A stretch of DNA of 48,132 nt from the NCBI GenBank assembly GCA_946222495.1, contig CAMICF010000001.1:1-48132 (forward strand), read 5' to 3'. Source of the stretch: an uncultured Janibacter sp. GTDB taxonomy: Bacteria > Actinomycetota > Actinomycetes > Actinomycetales > Dermatophilaceae. Shown piece by piece: positions 18,221-28,021 of this stretch. Below the pieces are notes generated by a model. It made no database searches. It was given only the letters and a program-made list of their open reading frames with translations, and was not told where the DNA came from. The translations under genes and the position numbers were made by a program. Position 1 is the stretch's first letter. Every line of letters begins with the position of its first letter.

Positions 18221-19255
18221 TCAGCACCAGCTGAGGCGCCGTCCGTGACCGTGGGCCCAGCCGACGGCCTGCCCGTCGAGGGCGAGGCAGAAGTCGGAGC
18301 CGACCGGGGGGCACGCCGCGGTCCCGGAGAGCGTCGGCAGCACCCGCGCGCCCTCGTTGCTGATCCAGTGGGCCCGACCTCCCTCGGCCCGCACCCGCTC
18401 GACCGCGGCACCGACGACACCCGGCCACCGGTCGCGTCCGTCCTCGTCGAGGTAGGCGATGACGGCCGAGTGCATGATGACGAGCGTCGCCTCGGGGGCC
18501 GCCGCACGGGCCCGGGACACGGCCTCGTCGAGACCGGTCAGCAGGTCGCCCTCGACGAGGTCCACCGGCTCGTCAGCCACCGCGCGGCAGGCCTGCGCCA
18601 GCCGGGCACGCCGGTCCTCGTGCTCGGGCCACACGAGGGTCTCCAACCACCGCGCGGTGTCCCCCGACGACAGGTCGAGCGGGTTGAGGTCGATGCCCCC
18701 GCGGTGCACGACCTCGGGCAGGCCCGCGGGCAGCGGCACCGGCCCCCGCACCTCGCAGTCCAGGACGAGCGGGCCGGGCCCGGCTGCCGGGTCGAGGCCC
18801 GCGAGGGTGGCGCCCCCGGCATCGAGGTAGCGGTAGGACCAGCGGTCCGGGTGGAGGCAGAGCCCGGCACTGGCGCCGACCTCGACGAGCGCGAGCGGCC
18901 CCTCCAGCCGTGCGAGGACGGGCAGCAGGGTCGCGCACCGGCCCACCTCGTTGGTCTGCGTGGAGCGGGCGAGGATCGTCTCGCGCACGGCGGGCCAGTC
19001 CTCGAGGAGGACGGCGCGCAGCTCCGCGTACCCGGGATCTCCTGAGGCCACCGCCCCGTGCCACCGGGCGGCGGCGAAGACGAGGTTCGGCTGGCGCTTG
19101 GCCACCGGCAGCTCCTCGAGGAGCGCGAGGACCTGCGGGTCCGCGGCCACGCCGGCGGCCCACCGCTCGAAGGTGGCGGACTCCCCCTTCGCCTCCGCCG
19201 CGGCGAAGTGACGGTAGAAGCCGGCGACGTCCTCGAGATCATCCATGGTGCGCAT
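18221..19255 (-). CDS. DUF2332-like protein (methyltransferase-like fold, unknown function)
   Basis: RQPNLVFAA, TQTNEVGRCA, LVEVGASAGLCLHPDRW, GIDLNP, LVWPEH..RRARL, HSAVIAYL, WISNEG. Confidence 0.8.
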   Translation of the reverse strand: MRTMDDLEDVAGFYRHFAAAEAKGESATFERWAAGVAADPQVLALLEELPVAKRQPNLVFAAARWHGAVASGDPGYAELRAVLLEDWPAVRETILARSTQTNEVGRCATLLPVLARLEGPLALVEVGASAGLCLHPDRWSYRYLDAGGATLAGLDPAAGPGPLVLDCEVRGPVPLPAGLPEVVHRGGIDLNPLDLSSGDTARWLETLVWPEHEDRRARLAQACRAVADEPVDLVEGDLLTGLDEAVSRARAAAPEATLVIMHSAVIAYLDEDGRDRWPGVVGAAVERVRAEGGRAHWISNEGARVLPTLSGTAACPPVGSDFCLALDGQAVGWAHGHGRRLSWC

Positions 19256-19291
19256 GCCGGCACCCTGCCACGCCGCGGCGCCTCCCCCGGG

Positions 19292-19314
19292 TTGTCGGTG
19301 GCGGCACCTACGGT
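19292..19314 (+). promoter_or_regulatory. RecA-NDp / PafBC-type DNA-damage promoter (leaderless geometry)
   Basis: TTGTCGGTG-gcggcacc-TACGGT, 7 nt before ATG 19322. Confidence 0.85.
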
Positions 19315-19321
19315 CAGGGAC

Positions 19322-21013
19322 ATGGAGGTCGTGCAGGACAGACTCGGTGATCTCGGCACATCCTTGGCCGAGGTCACCTTCGTCGTCGTCGACCTCGAGA
19401 CGACGGGTGGCTCGCCCCGGGACTGCGGCATCACGGAGATCGGCGCGGTCAAGGTGCGCGGCGGCGAGCAGCTCGGCGAGCTGCAGACCTTCGTCAACCC
19501 CGGCGAGCCGATCCCCGCCTTCATCCAGTCCCTCACCGGGATCACCGACGCGATGGTCGCGGACGCCCCGCGCACCGCCGCGGCGGTGACGGCCTTCCTC
19601 GAGTTCGCGAAGGGGGCGGTGCTCGTCGCCCACAACGCCGGCTTCGACATCGGCTTCCTCAAGGCCGCCTGTGCCGCCCACGACCTGCGGTGGCCCTCTC
19701 CCACGGTCCTCGACACCGTGCGGCTCGCCCGCCAGGTCGTCAGCCGCGACGAGGTGCCCAACCACAAGCTCGGCACGCTGGCCCACCACTTCGGCGCCGT
19801 GACGACACCGGACCACCGGGCCCTGCACGACGCCAAGGCGACCGTCGACGTGCTCCACGGCCTCATCGGCCGCCTCGGGTCCGTCGGTGTCGACACCCTG
19901 GAGGAGCTGAGCTCCTACTCCTCCCGGGTCAGCGACGCCCAGCGACGCAAGCGGCACCTCGCGGACGGACTCCCCTCCGCCCCCGGCGTCTACGTCTTCA
20001 AGGACGAGCACGGGGAGCCCCTCTACGTCGGCACCTCCGTGGACATCCGGTCCCGGGTCCGCAGCTACTTCACCGCCTCGGAGCAGCGCCGCCGGATGGG
20101 CGAGATGGTGCGGCTGGCCACCGAGGTCACCCCGATCGTCTGCGCGACGACCCTCGAGGCGGGCGTGCGCGAGCTCCGGCTCATCGCCGAGCACAAGCCG
20201 CGGTACAACCGACGCTCCCGCCACCCGGAGCGGGTGTGGTGGCTCAAGCTCACCGACGAGGCCTTCCCCCGCCTCTCGATCGTGCGCTCCGTCGGGCGGG
20301 ACGACCTCGCCTTCGCCGGGCCCTTCGGCTCCCGCGGGAGCGCCGAGGAGGCCATGGCGGCTCTCCACGACGCCGTGCCGCTGCGGCAGTGCCTGACCCG
20401 GCTCTCCCCCCGACGGCCGACCTCGGCGTGCGTCCTCGCCGAGATGGGCCGGTGCGCCGCGCCATGCACCGGGGCCGTGACCGTCGACGAGTACGCCGAG
20501 ACCGTCGCGGAGGCGGTCGGGGTCCTCGTCGGCGACTCCCGCCCGGCGGTGGCCGCCGTCCGGGACCGGATGCGCACCCTGTCCGAGGGAGAGCGCTTCG
20601 AGGAGGCCGCCGCCGTGCGCGACCGCCTGGCCGCCCTCGTCAGGGCCGCCTCCCGCAACCAGCGCGCGGCACCGGTGCGCGAGGCCACCGAGATCGTCGC
20701 CGCGCGACGTGCCCCGCGGGGCGGCTGGGACCTCGTCTGCGTCCGCCACGGCCGGCTCGCGGGGAGCACCCACTCCCCCGCCGGGGCCGACCCGATGCCC
20801 TATGTCGCCGCGCTGCAGGCCAGCGCCGAGGTCGTCCCGCCGCCGACCGGTCCGGGCCGCAGCGCCCTGCCCGCGGAGACCGAGCTCGTCCTGCGCTGGC
20901 TCGAGGCCGAGGGCACCCGGCTCGTCGACATCGACGGCGAGTGGACCTGCCCCGTGGGCGGTGCCGCCGCCGCCCACGACGAGCTGGCGCCTGCTCTAGG
21001 CTGGGCCTCGTGA
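19322..21013 (+). CDS. DEDDh exonuclease + GIY-YIG (UvrC-like) nuclease, Rv2191-like
   Basis: VVVDLETTG, AHNAGFD, HRALHDA; PGVYVF..LYVGTS..RVRSYF, PRYN, UVR-like ERFEEAAAVRD. Confidence 0.92.
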   Translation: MEVVQDRLGDLGTSLAEVTFVVVDLETTGGSPRDCGITEIGAVKVRGGEQLGELQTFVNPGEPIPAFIQSLTGITDAMVADAPRTAAAVTAFLEFAKGAVLVAHNAGFDIGFLKAACAAHDLRWPSPTVLDTVRLARQVVSRDEVPNHKLGTLAHHFGAVTTPDHRALHDAKATVDVLHGLIGRLGSVGVDTLEELSSYSSRVSDAQRRKRHLADGLPSAPGVYVFKDEHGEPLYVGTSVDIRSRVRSYFTASEQRRRMGEMVRLATEVTPIVCATTLEAGVRELRLIAEHKPRYNRRSRHPERVWWLKLTDEAFPRLSIVRSVGRDDLAFAGPFGSRGSAEEAMAALHDAVPLRQCLTRLSPRRPTSACVLAEMGRCAAPCTGAVTVDEYAETVAEAVGVLVGDSRPAVAAVRDRMRTLSEGERFEEAAAVRDRLAALVRAASRNQRAAPVREATEIVAARRAPRGGWDLVCVRHGRLAGSTHSPAGADPMPYVAALQASAEVVPPPTGPGRSALPAETELVLRWLEAEGTRLVDIDGEWTCPVGGAAAAHDELAPALGWAS

Positions 21014-21288
21014 TCACCGCCATCGTCCTCATCCACGCAGAGACGGCCCGCATCCCCGAGGTCGCCGAGTCCGTCGCCGACCTCGACGGGGTGAGCGAGG
21101 TCTACTCGGTCGCCGGTGACGCCGACCTCATCGCGATGGTGCGCGTGCAGCGGCACGAGGACCTCGACGAGGTCATCGCCGGCCGGCTGAACAAGGTCGA
21201 GGGCATCGTCGACACCTCGACGCACATCGCCTTCCGGGCCTACAGCCACCACGACCTCGACGCGGCCTTCAGCATCGGTCTGGAGTGA
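21010..21288 (+). CDS. Stand-alone Lrp/AsnC ligand-binding (RAM) domain protein
   Basis: ITAIVLI, GVSEVYSVAGDADLIAMVRV, THIAFRAYS. GTGA overlap with the nuclease gene. Confidence 0.88.
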   Translation: MITAIVLIHAETARIPEVAESVADLDGVSEVYSVAGDADLIAMVRVQRHEDLDEVIAGRLNKVEGIVDTSTHIAFRAYSHHDLDAAFSIGLE

Positions 21289-21427
21289 TCCGATCGGCCC
21301 GCAGTGGCCTGATCAGTCCTGAGTGACCGGGCGGGCCGGCACGGGGTGACGACCGGGCACCAGCCCTGCCGGGTACCGGACCGGGTGGCCCCGGTCGACG
21401 GTCTGCTACCCCGCGGCGACGGTTCAG

Positions 21428-22489
21428 TTACTCAGCGTCGACGCGGCGGGTGGCCCGGACCCAGCGCTCGAGCCGCTCCGCGACCCGCCCCGAGTCGATG
21501 GCCTCCTCGACCGTGTCCATCCCCGAGCGGATCGCCGCGACCGGATCGGCCGGGATCCCCGGGCCGGCCCCGGCCAGCGCCACGGCGGCACCGGCGTTGA
21601 GCACGACCGCGTCCCGGACGGGCCCCCGGTCACCGGCGAGGAGGCGACGGGCCACCTCGGCGTTGAACTCGGCGTCCCCTCCCCGCAGGGCGTCGAGCGG
21701 GCTGCGCGCCAGCCCGACCTCCTCCGGGGTGAGGTGCAGCTCGGCGATCTCGCCACCGGCCACCCAGCGCACGTGCGAGCCGTCGGCGACCGTGAGCTCG
21801 TCGAGCCCGTCGTCACCACGGAAGACGAGGGCGTCCGTCCCCCGCCGCGCGAAGACACCGGCCATGAGCGGGGCGATCCGCTCGTCCGCAACACCGACGA
21901 CGGAGTAGGTGGGACGCGAGGGGTTCGTCATCGGGCCCAGCACGTTGAGCGCGGTCCCGATCCCGAGATCGCGACGCGGCGCGGCGGTGTGCCGGAAGGA
22001 GGGGTGGAAGGTCTGGGCGAAGCAGAAGGTGATCCCCGCCTCGTCCGCCACCTCGGCCACGGCCTCGGCCGGGAGCGAGAGGGTGACGCCGAGGGCCTCG
22101 AGGACGTCGGCGGACCCCGACTTCGAGGACGCCGCGCGGTTGCCGTGCTTGACCACCCGCACGTCGGTCGCGGCGATGCAGATCGAGGACATCGTCGAGA
22201 TGTTCACGGTGCCGGCCATGTCGCCGCCCGTGCCGACGATGTCCAGGGTCGGCCCCTGGACATCGATCGGGAGCGCGTGCTCGAGCATGACGTCGGCCAG
22301 CGCGCCGAGCTCGGTGACGGTCTCCCCCTTCGCCCGCAGCGCGACGAGGAAGCCGGCGATCTGCGCCGGGGCGGCATCGCCCGACATCATCTCGCGCATC
22401 GCCCACGACGTCTGGTCGGAGCTGAGGTCCGTCCCCGAGAGGAGGGTGGTGAGGACGCTGGGCCAGGTGTGCGTGCCCGCGTCGCTCAT
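21428..22489 (-). CDS. trpD: Anthranilate phosphoribosyltransferase
   Basis: DIVGTGGD, NISTMS, KHGNRAASSKSGSADVLEALG, GLDEL. Confidence 0.96.
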   Translation of the reverse strand: MSDAGTHTWPSVLTTLLSGTDLSSDQTSWAMREMMSGDAAPAQIAGFLVALRAKGETVTELGALADVMLEHALPIDVQGPTLDIVGTGGDMAGTVNISTMSSICIAATDVRVVKHGNRAASSKSGSADVLEALGVTLSLPAEAVAEVADEAGITFCFAQTFHPSFRHTAAPRRDLGIGTALNVLGPMTNPSRPTYSVVGVADERIAPLMAGVFARRGTDALVFRGDDGLDELTVADGSHVRWVAGGEIAELHLTPEEVGLARSPLDALRGGDAEFNAEVARRLLAGDRGPVRDAVVLNAGAAVALAGAGPGIPADPVAAIRSGMDTVEEAIDSGRVAERLERWVRATRRVDAE

Positions 22490-22953
22490 CGGTCGGCCAC
22501 GCCCCGGGCCAGGTCGGCCACCGCGTCGGCCACGGCGATCGGGTCGAGCGGGTGCGAGACGGACCCATCCGCCATCGACCACGTCGCGAGCCAGCCGTCC
22601 TGCGGGCGCCCGGTGAGCACGAGGACCGGCGGGCAGTCGTGGATCTCGACCTTGAGCTGGCGGCACAGGCCGAGGCCGCCCACCTTGGCCGCCTCGCCGT
22701 CGAGGATGACGAGATCGATGTCGCCGCCCTCGACCGCCTCGACGACCGCGGCCGACGTCGCGCACTCCCGCCAGGAGGCGACCTCGACGTCACGCGCGGG
22801 CCGACGGCCGACGGCAGCTCGCACCGCATCACGGGTGGTGATGTTGTCGCTGTGGAGGAGGAGCCGGACGGAGGTCGGCACAGCGCCTGCCTCGGCCGTG
22901 GAGCTCGTGCCCACGGCGGGCCGGGAAGAGGTCGGCTGCGAGGTACCGGTCAT
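22486..22953 (-). CDS. Single-domain response-regulator-like protein (Rv3143-like)
   Basis: LLHSDN, ILDGEA..GGLGLCRQLK.EI, LTGRPQDGWLATWS. Confidence 0.85.
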   Translation of the reverse strand: MTGTSQPTSSRPAVGTSSTAEAGAVPTSVRLLLHSDNITTRDAVRAAVGRRPARDVEVASWRECATSAAVVEAVEGGDIDLVILDGEAAKVGGLGLCRQLKVEIHDCPPVLVLTGRPQDGWLATWSMADGSVSHPLDPIAVADAVADLARGVADR

Positions 22954-23039
22954 GGCCAGATCCTAGCGCTGCCGGGCCTTCCGACACTCGAGGAGGGGGG
23001 TGGCACACACGTAGAACCCGATGACGTCATAATAGGCGC

Positions 23040-23702
23040 GTGGCCTCTGCAACCTCTCTGCCCTCAACCGTGTCCGGGCACCCCAAGGCGGACCCCGCCA
23101 TGGGCCCCGTCAGCCGCCCCAACATGGTGTCGGTCGGCACCATCGTCTGGCTCTCCAGCGAGCTGATGTTCTTTGCCGGACTGTTCGCGATCTTCTTCAC
23201 GGTCCGGTCGATGCGACCCGACCTGTGGGAGCACCACGCTGAGCACCTCAACGTGCCCTTCGCGGCTGCGAACACCGTGATCCTCGTCGTCTCCTCGGTG
23301 TGGTGCCAGCTCGGCGTCATCCGTGCGGAGCACGGGCAGAAGCGCCGCACCGGCTCCCTGCTCAACGTCGGCGGCTGGGGCATGCGCGAGTGGTACGTCC
23401 TCACGTACATCTTCGGCGCCATCTTCGTCTCCGGCCAGATCCTCGAGTACGCCACCCTCGTGACGGAGGGCGTCACCCTCGGGGCCGACCCCTGGGCCTC
23501 GATCTTCTACCTCACCACCGGCCTCCACGGCATCCACGTCACCGGTGGGCTCATCACCTTCCTGCTGATCATCGGCCGGACGTACACGACGAGCACCTAC
23601 AGCCACGCGCAGCAGACGGGCGCCGTCGTGACCTCGTACTACTGGCACTTCGTCGACGTGGTGTGGATCGCGCTCTTCGCCGCCATCTACTTCCTCGGAT
23701 GA
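23040..23702 (+). CDS. ctaE: Cytochrome c oxidase subunit III
   Basis: [36 protein letters not shown]. Confidence 0.95.
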   Translation: MASATSLPSTVSGHPKADPAMGPVSRPNMVSVGTIVWLSSELMFFAGLFAIFFTVRSMRPDLWEHHAEHLNVPFAAANTVILVVSSVWCQLGVIRAEHGQKRRTGSLLNVGGWGMREWYVLTYIFGAIFVSGQILEYATLVTEGVTLGADPWASIFYLTTGLHGIHVTGGLITFLLIIGRTYTTSTYSHAQQTGAVVTSYYWHFVDVVWIALFAAIYFLG

Positions 23703-23758
23703 CCGCGATGCGCCGCCCCTCGCCCCGCACCCGCCGCCCTCGGACGACAGGACTCTCC

Positions 23759-24541
23759 ATGCCCACGCTTTCTCGCCGGAGCCCGGCCGCCATCGCCCTG
23801 CTGCTGATGCTGGCGCTCTTCGTCACCGGCACCGCCTACGCGGCCATGGCCCCGAAGGACGCCAAGGCCGGCGTCGAGCAGGCCGACAGCGTGGACAACG
23901 GCAAGAAGCTCTTCACGGCCAACTGCGCCAACTGCCACGGGGCCAACGGCCTCGGCGTCAAGGACAGCGGCCCCAGCCTGGCCGGCGTCGGAGCCGCCTC
24001 CGTCGACTTCCAGATGGGCACCGGTCGCATGCCGATGGCCGCTCCCGGTGTCCAGGCCCCCGGCAACATCCGGACGAAGTTCTCCGACAAGGAGATCGCC
24101 GACGTCGGCGCCTACGTCGCCACCCTCGGCGCGGGCCCCTCCGTCCCGTCGAAGGAGTACACGGACGGCTCCAAGGGCGACGCCGGCAAGGGCGGCCAGA
24201 TCTTCCGCGTCAACTGCGCCATGTGCCACTCCAGCGCCGGCGCGGGCGGTGCCCTGACCCGCGGCAAGGACGCCCCGCCGGTGGCGGGCGTCGAGGGCAA
24301 GCACATCTACGAGGCGATGGAGACCGGGCCGCAGAGCATGCCCGTCTTCAACGACACCAACCTCAGCCCTGAGGACAAGCGCGATGTCATCGCCTACATC
24401 GAGGGCATGCACGACTCGGGCAACCCCGGCGGCAACCCGCTCGGCGGGTACGGTCCGGTGCCCGAGGGCCTCTTCGTCTGGACGATCGGCCTGGGCCTCC
24501 TCGTAGGCATCGCCGTCTGGCTCGGCCAGAAGTCCGCCTGA
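23759..24541 (+). CDS. qcrC: Cytochrome bc1 diheme cytochrome c subunit
   Basis: Two heme motifs, CANCH and CAMCH; FQMGTGRMP. Confidence 0.95.
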   Translation: MPTLSRRSPAAIALLLMLALFVTGTAYAAMAPKDAKAGVEQADSVDNGKKLFTANCANCHGANGLGVKDSGPSLAGVGAASVDFQMGTGRMPMAAPGVQAPGNIRTKFSDKEIADVGAYVATLGAGPSVPSKEYTDGSKGDAGKGGQIFRVNCAMCHSSAGAGGALTRGKDAPPVAGVEGKHIYEAMETGPQSMPVFNDTNLSPEDKRDVIAYIEGMHDSGNPGGNPLGGYGPVPEGLFVWTIGLGLLVGIAVWLGQKSA

Positions 24542-24581
24542 CCACCCCGACCACTCGCCACACAGACAGGACCGACGACAG

Positions 24582-25694
24582 ATGAGTGAGCACACCCCGA
24601 CAGGGGCAGAACCGGACGGGCCCACGGGCACCGAGCCGGCGCGCCTCGACCAGGGCCACGTGCAGGGCACCGGTGGTGTCCCGGAGCAGTTCGCCAACCC
24701 CGGCCTTCCTCCCCACGTGCTGCGCAACGCCGACCGTGACGAGAAGGCGGCCAAGCGTGCCGAGCGTCAGGTGGCCCTGCTTTTCCTCGTGTCCATCCTC
24801 GGCACGGTCCTCTTCCTCGTGGCCTACTTCATGGTCGACACGGAGTCGATGGTCTACGTGCCGATCACCGGCGAGATGAGCCGGTCGAACCTGCTGCTGG
24901 GTCTCGGGCTGGCCTTCAGCCTGCTCGGCATCGGCCTCGGCGCCGTCCACTGGGCCAAGACCCTCATGCCCGACGCGGAGACCGTCGAGATGCGTCACCC
25001 GATGCGCTCCTCCGACGACGACCGCCAGGGCTTCGTCACGACGATGCTCGAGGGCGGCGAGTCCTCGCAGATCACCCGTCGACCGCTGATCAAGATGACC
25101 TTCGGTGCCGCGATGGGCCTCTTCGCCCTGCCGCTGCTGGTCCAGATCGGTGGCTCGCTCGGCCCGCTCCCCCGCAACGACCTCGCGGTCACCTTCTGGG
25201 ACGAGAGCGAGAACGAGAAGTCGAACCGGCTGCGTCTCCACCGCGACCCGGAGGACACCCCGGTCCGTCCCGGCGACGTGACCATCGGCTCCGTCTTCCA
25301 CATCCAGCCCGAGGGTCTCCTCGGCCTCCACGACGACAAGCTCAGCGAGATGAGCAAGTCCTCCGTGCTCCTCATGCGCCTGGACCCGAAGGACTTCCAG
25401 GACACCGAGAGCGGCCGCAAGGCCCGCGACTGGGGCTACCAGGGCATCGTGGCCTACTCCAAGGTCTGCACGCACGTCGGCTGCCCCGTCGGCCTGTACG
25501 AGCAGACGACCCACCACCTGCTCTGCCCCTGCCACCAGTCCACCTTCGACGTGACCAACGACTGCGAGGTCATCTTCGGCCCCGCGGGGCGGCCGCTGCC
25601 GCAGCTGAAGATCACCGTCGATGACGAGGGCTACCTCATCGCTGACCAGCCCTTCCAGGAACCGGTCGGCCCGAGCTACTGGGAGCGTGGTTGA
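24582..25694 (+). CDS. qcrA: Cytochrome bc1 Rieske Fe-S subunit
   Basis: CTHVGCP, CPCHQSTF, internal twin-arginine TRRPLI after TM helices. Confidence 0.95.
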   Translation: MSEHTPTGAEPDGPTGTEPARLDQGHVQGTGGVPEQFANPGLPPHVLRNADRDEKAAKRAERQVALLFLVSILGTVLFLVAYFMVDTESMVYVPITGEMSRSNLLLGLGLAFSLLGIGLGAVHWAKTLMPDAETVEMRHPMRSSDDDRQGFVTTMLEGGESSQITRRPLIKMTFGAAMGLFALPLLVQIGGSLGPLPRNDLAVTFWDESENEKSNRLRLHRDPEDTPVRPGDVTIGSVFHIQPEGLLGLHDDKLSEMSKSSVLLMRLDPKDFQDTESGRKARDWGYQGIVAYSKVCTHVGCPVGLYEQTTHHLLCPCHQSTFDVTNDCEVIFGPAGRPLPQLKITVDDEGYLIADQPFQEPVGPSYWERG

Positions 25695-25696
25695 TC

Positions 25697-27415
25697 ATGA
25701 CCAGCACTGCTCGTCCCGCCGACAACCTGCGCGCCAACGACGCGCCGGCCACGGCACCCACGTCCGCCCGGATGAAGAAGGTCGGCGGGGTCGCCGGCTG
25801 GATCGACGACCGGACCGGCGCCGCGAAGGGCGTCGGCTACCTCATGCGCAAGGTCTTCCCGGACCACTGGTCGTTCATGCTCGGTGAGATCGCCATGTAC
25901 TCGATGATCGTGTGCATGCTCACCGGGGTCTTCCTCACCTTCTGGTTCGACCCGTCGATGGCCCACACGACCTACGAGGGCAGCTACGCGCCGCTCCAGG
26001 GCGTCGAGATGTCCCGCGCCTACGCCTCCTCGCTCGACATCTCCTTCGACGTCAAGGGCGGGCTGCTCATCCGGCAGATCCACCACTGGTCGGCGCTGAT
26101 GTTCATCGTCGCGCTCTCCGTGCACATGCTCCGCGTGTTCTTCACCGGCGCCTTCCGCAAGCCGCGCGAGATCAACTGGGTCATCGGCTGCGTCCTGTCC
26201 CTCCTCGCGCTCGTCGAGGGCTTCGCCGGCTACTCGCTCCCGGACGACCTGCTCTCCGGCACGGGTCTGCGCGCCGCACAGGGCTTCATCGTCGCCGCGC
26301 CGATCATCGGCAGCTACCTCAGCTACGGCCTCTTCGGCGGCACCTTCCCCGGCGAGGACATCATCCCGAGGCTGTACTCGGTCCACATCCTGCTGCTGCC
26401 CGCGCTGCTCATCGCGCTCTTCACGGTGCACATCGTCCTCGTGGCGCTGCAGAAGCACACCCAGTACCCCGGCCCGGGCAAGACCGAGGACAACGTCGTC
26501 GGCTTCCCCGTCATGCCGGTGTACGCAGCGAAGGCCGGTGGCTTCTTCTTCATCGTCTTCGGTGGGCTGGCCCTGATCTCCTCGCTCGTCCAGATCAACG
26601 CCATCTGGGTCCACGGCCCGTACGAGCCGAATGCGACCACGGCCGGCGCCCAGCCGGACTGGTACATGGGCTTCCCCGACGGCGCCCTGCGTCTGCTGCC
26701 GGGTGTCATGGAGTTCGAGACCTTCGGGTTCACCTGGGCCTGGCCGGTCATCGTCGGTGCCCTCATGGTCATCCCCGCCTTCTACGGCGCCATGATCGCC
26801 TACCCCTTCATCGAGGCGTGGGTCACCGGGGACAAGCGTGAGCACCACCTGCTCGACCGCCCGCGCAATGCCCCGACCCGCACCGCCATCGGCATGGCCG
26901 GTCTGACCCTCTACGGCGTGTTCATGTTCGCCGCGAGCAACGACATCATGGCGATCAAGTTCGGGGCCTCGATCAACGACATCACGTTGACCCTCCGCGT
27001 CCTGACCTTCGTCGCGCCCGTCGTCGCCTTCTGGGCCACCCGTCGGATCTGCCTCAGCCTGCAGCGGCACGACCGTGACCTCGTCCTCCACGGGCGGGAG
27101 ACCGGTCGCATCCACCGCGGCGCCGAGGGCAGCTTCGAGGAGATCCACGAGCCGCTCGACCCCTACACCCGGTGGACCCTCGTCCAGCACGAGCCGACCC
27201 CCCGGCTGGAGCTGCCGTCGACGACCGACAAGAACGGCGTCGAGAACAAGAAGGCCGCCCGCAAGAACAAGCTGCGCGCCAAGCTGCACTCGTTCTTCTT
27301 CGCGGGGGCCGTCGAGCCGGTCACCCCGGCCGAGCTCGAGGCAGCGCACCACGACCACGGTCACGACGCCGTGGAGTCGGGGCACGAGGACCGGGACAGC
27401 ATCTCGAGCCACTGA
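25697..27415 (+). CDS. qcrB: Cytochrome bc1 cytochrome b subunit
   Basis: FPDHWSFMLGE, RQIHHW, GYSLPDDLLSG, QPDWY. Confidence 0.96.
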   Translation: MTSTARPADNLRANDAPATAPTSARMKKVGGVAGWIDDRTGAAKGVGYLMRKVFPDHWSFMLGEIAMYSMIVCMLTGVFLTFWFDPSMAHTTYEGSYAPLQGVEMSRAYASSLDISFDVKGGLLIRQIHHWSALMFIVALSVHMLRVFFTGAFRKPREINWVIGCVLSLLALVEGFAGYSLPDDLLSGTGLRAAQGFIVAAPIIGSYLSYGLFGGTFPGEDIIPRLYSVHILLLPALLIALFTVHIVLVALQKHTQYPGPGKTEDNVVGFPVMPVYAAKAGGFFFIVFGGLALISSLVQINAIWVHGPYEPNATTAGAQPDWYMGFPDGALRLLPGVMEFETFGFTWAWPVIVGALMVIPAFYGAMIAYPFIEAWVTGDKREHHLLDRPRNAPTRTAIGMAGLTLYGVFMFAASNDIMAIKFGASINDITLTLRVLTFVAPVVAFWATRRICLSLQRHDRDLVLHGRETGRIHRGAEGSFEEIHEPLDPYTRWTLVQHEPTPRLELPSTTDKNGVENKKAARKNKLRAKLHSFFFAGAVEPVTPAELEAAHHDHGHDAVESGHEDRDSISSH

Positions 27416-27431
27416 CCTCGGTCCACACGAT

Positions 27432-27465
27432 CGCAGGCCCCGGAGGATGCCCTCCGGGGCCTGCG
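27432..27465 (+). terminator. Terminator hairpin after qcrB
   Basis: cgcaggccccggagg-atgc-cctccggggcctgcg followed by tcgttctct. Confidence 0.8.
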
Positions 27466-27509
27466 TCGTTCTCTCCCCCGCCCACCCCCATGACCACGGA
27501 GGTCACCTG

Positions 27510-27893
27510 ATGATCCAGATGAGTGAGGAGGACTTCGAATCGGCCGTGCGCGAGGCCCTCGACGAGGTCCCGCAGGAGCTGCTCGAGATGCTCGACAACG
27601 TCGCCTTCTTCGTCGAGGACGAGCCGACGGAGGAGCACGCCGATCCCGGCCTGGCGCCGGAGGAGAACGCCGAGCTGCTCGGGATCTACCTGGGGACGCC
27701 GCTCACCGAGCGGGACGGGGGCTGGGCCGCGGGCGCGCTCCCCGACCGCATCGTGCTCTTCCGCGGACCGCTGACCCGCATGTGCTCGGACGTGGAGGAG
27801 CTGCGGGAGGAGATCGCCGTCACGATCGTCCACGAGGCCGGGCACCACGTGGGGATCGACGAGGACCGCCTCCACGAGCTCGGCTGGGGCTGA
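27510..27893 (+). CDS. Zincin-like metallopeptidase family protein
   Basis: LLGIYLGTPLTER, LPDRIVLFRGP, HEAGHH (HExxH), LHELGW. Confidence 0.85.
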   Translation: MIQMSEEDFESAVREALDEVPQELLEMLDNVAFFVEDEPTEEHADPGLAPEENAELLGIYLGTPLTERDGGWAAGALPDRIVLFRGPLTRMCSDVEELREEIAVTIVHEAGHHVGIDEDRLHELGWG

Positions 27894-27900
27894 CCCCTGA

Positions 27901-28021
27901 GGCGCACGACCTTAAGGAGATTCGACCCCCGGGGCGCACGACCTTAAGCAGATTCGACCCCCGGGGCGCACGACCTTAAGGAGATACGCCCCATGAGGGC
28001 GCACGACCTTAAGGTCGTGCG
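27901..28021. repeat. Tandem ~32-bp repeat (3 units plus a partial one) ending in a perfect 22-bp palindrome
   Basis: GGCGCACGACCTTAAG core at 27901, 27933, 27965 and 27998; CGCACGACCTTAAGGTCGTGCG at 28000-28021. Confidence 0.9.

Noticed and set aside
18221..20977. 918-aa ORF
   Set aside because: The N-terminal ~570 aa are the antisense shadow of the nuclease gene. The real gene starts at about 19255.
21289..21427. 139-nt GC-rich gap between convergent genes, possible small RNA
   Set aside because: Only weak, imperfect pairing and no recognisable RNA family or promoter.
24582..25694. Internal twin-arginine motif in the Rieske protein
   Set aside because: This is the known Sec/Tat dual-targeting feature of actinobacterial QcrA, so it is not novel.
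27901..28021. Possible mini CRISPR array
   Set aside because: The core is only 16 nt, the linkers are 16-17 nt and nearly identical to each other, and no cas genes are present in the window.
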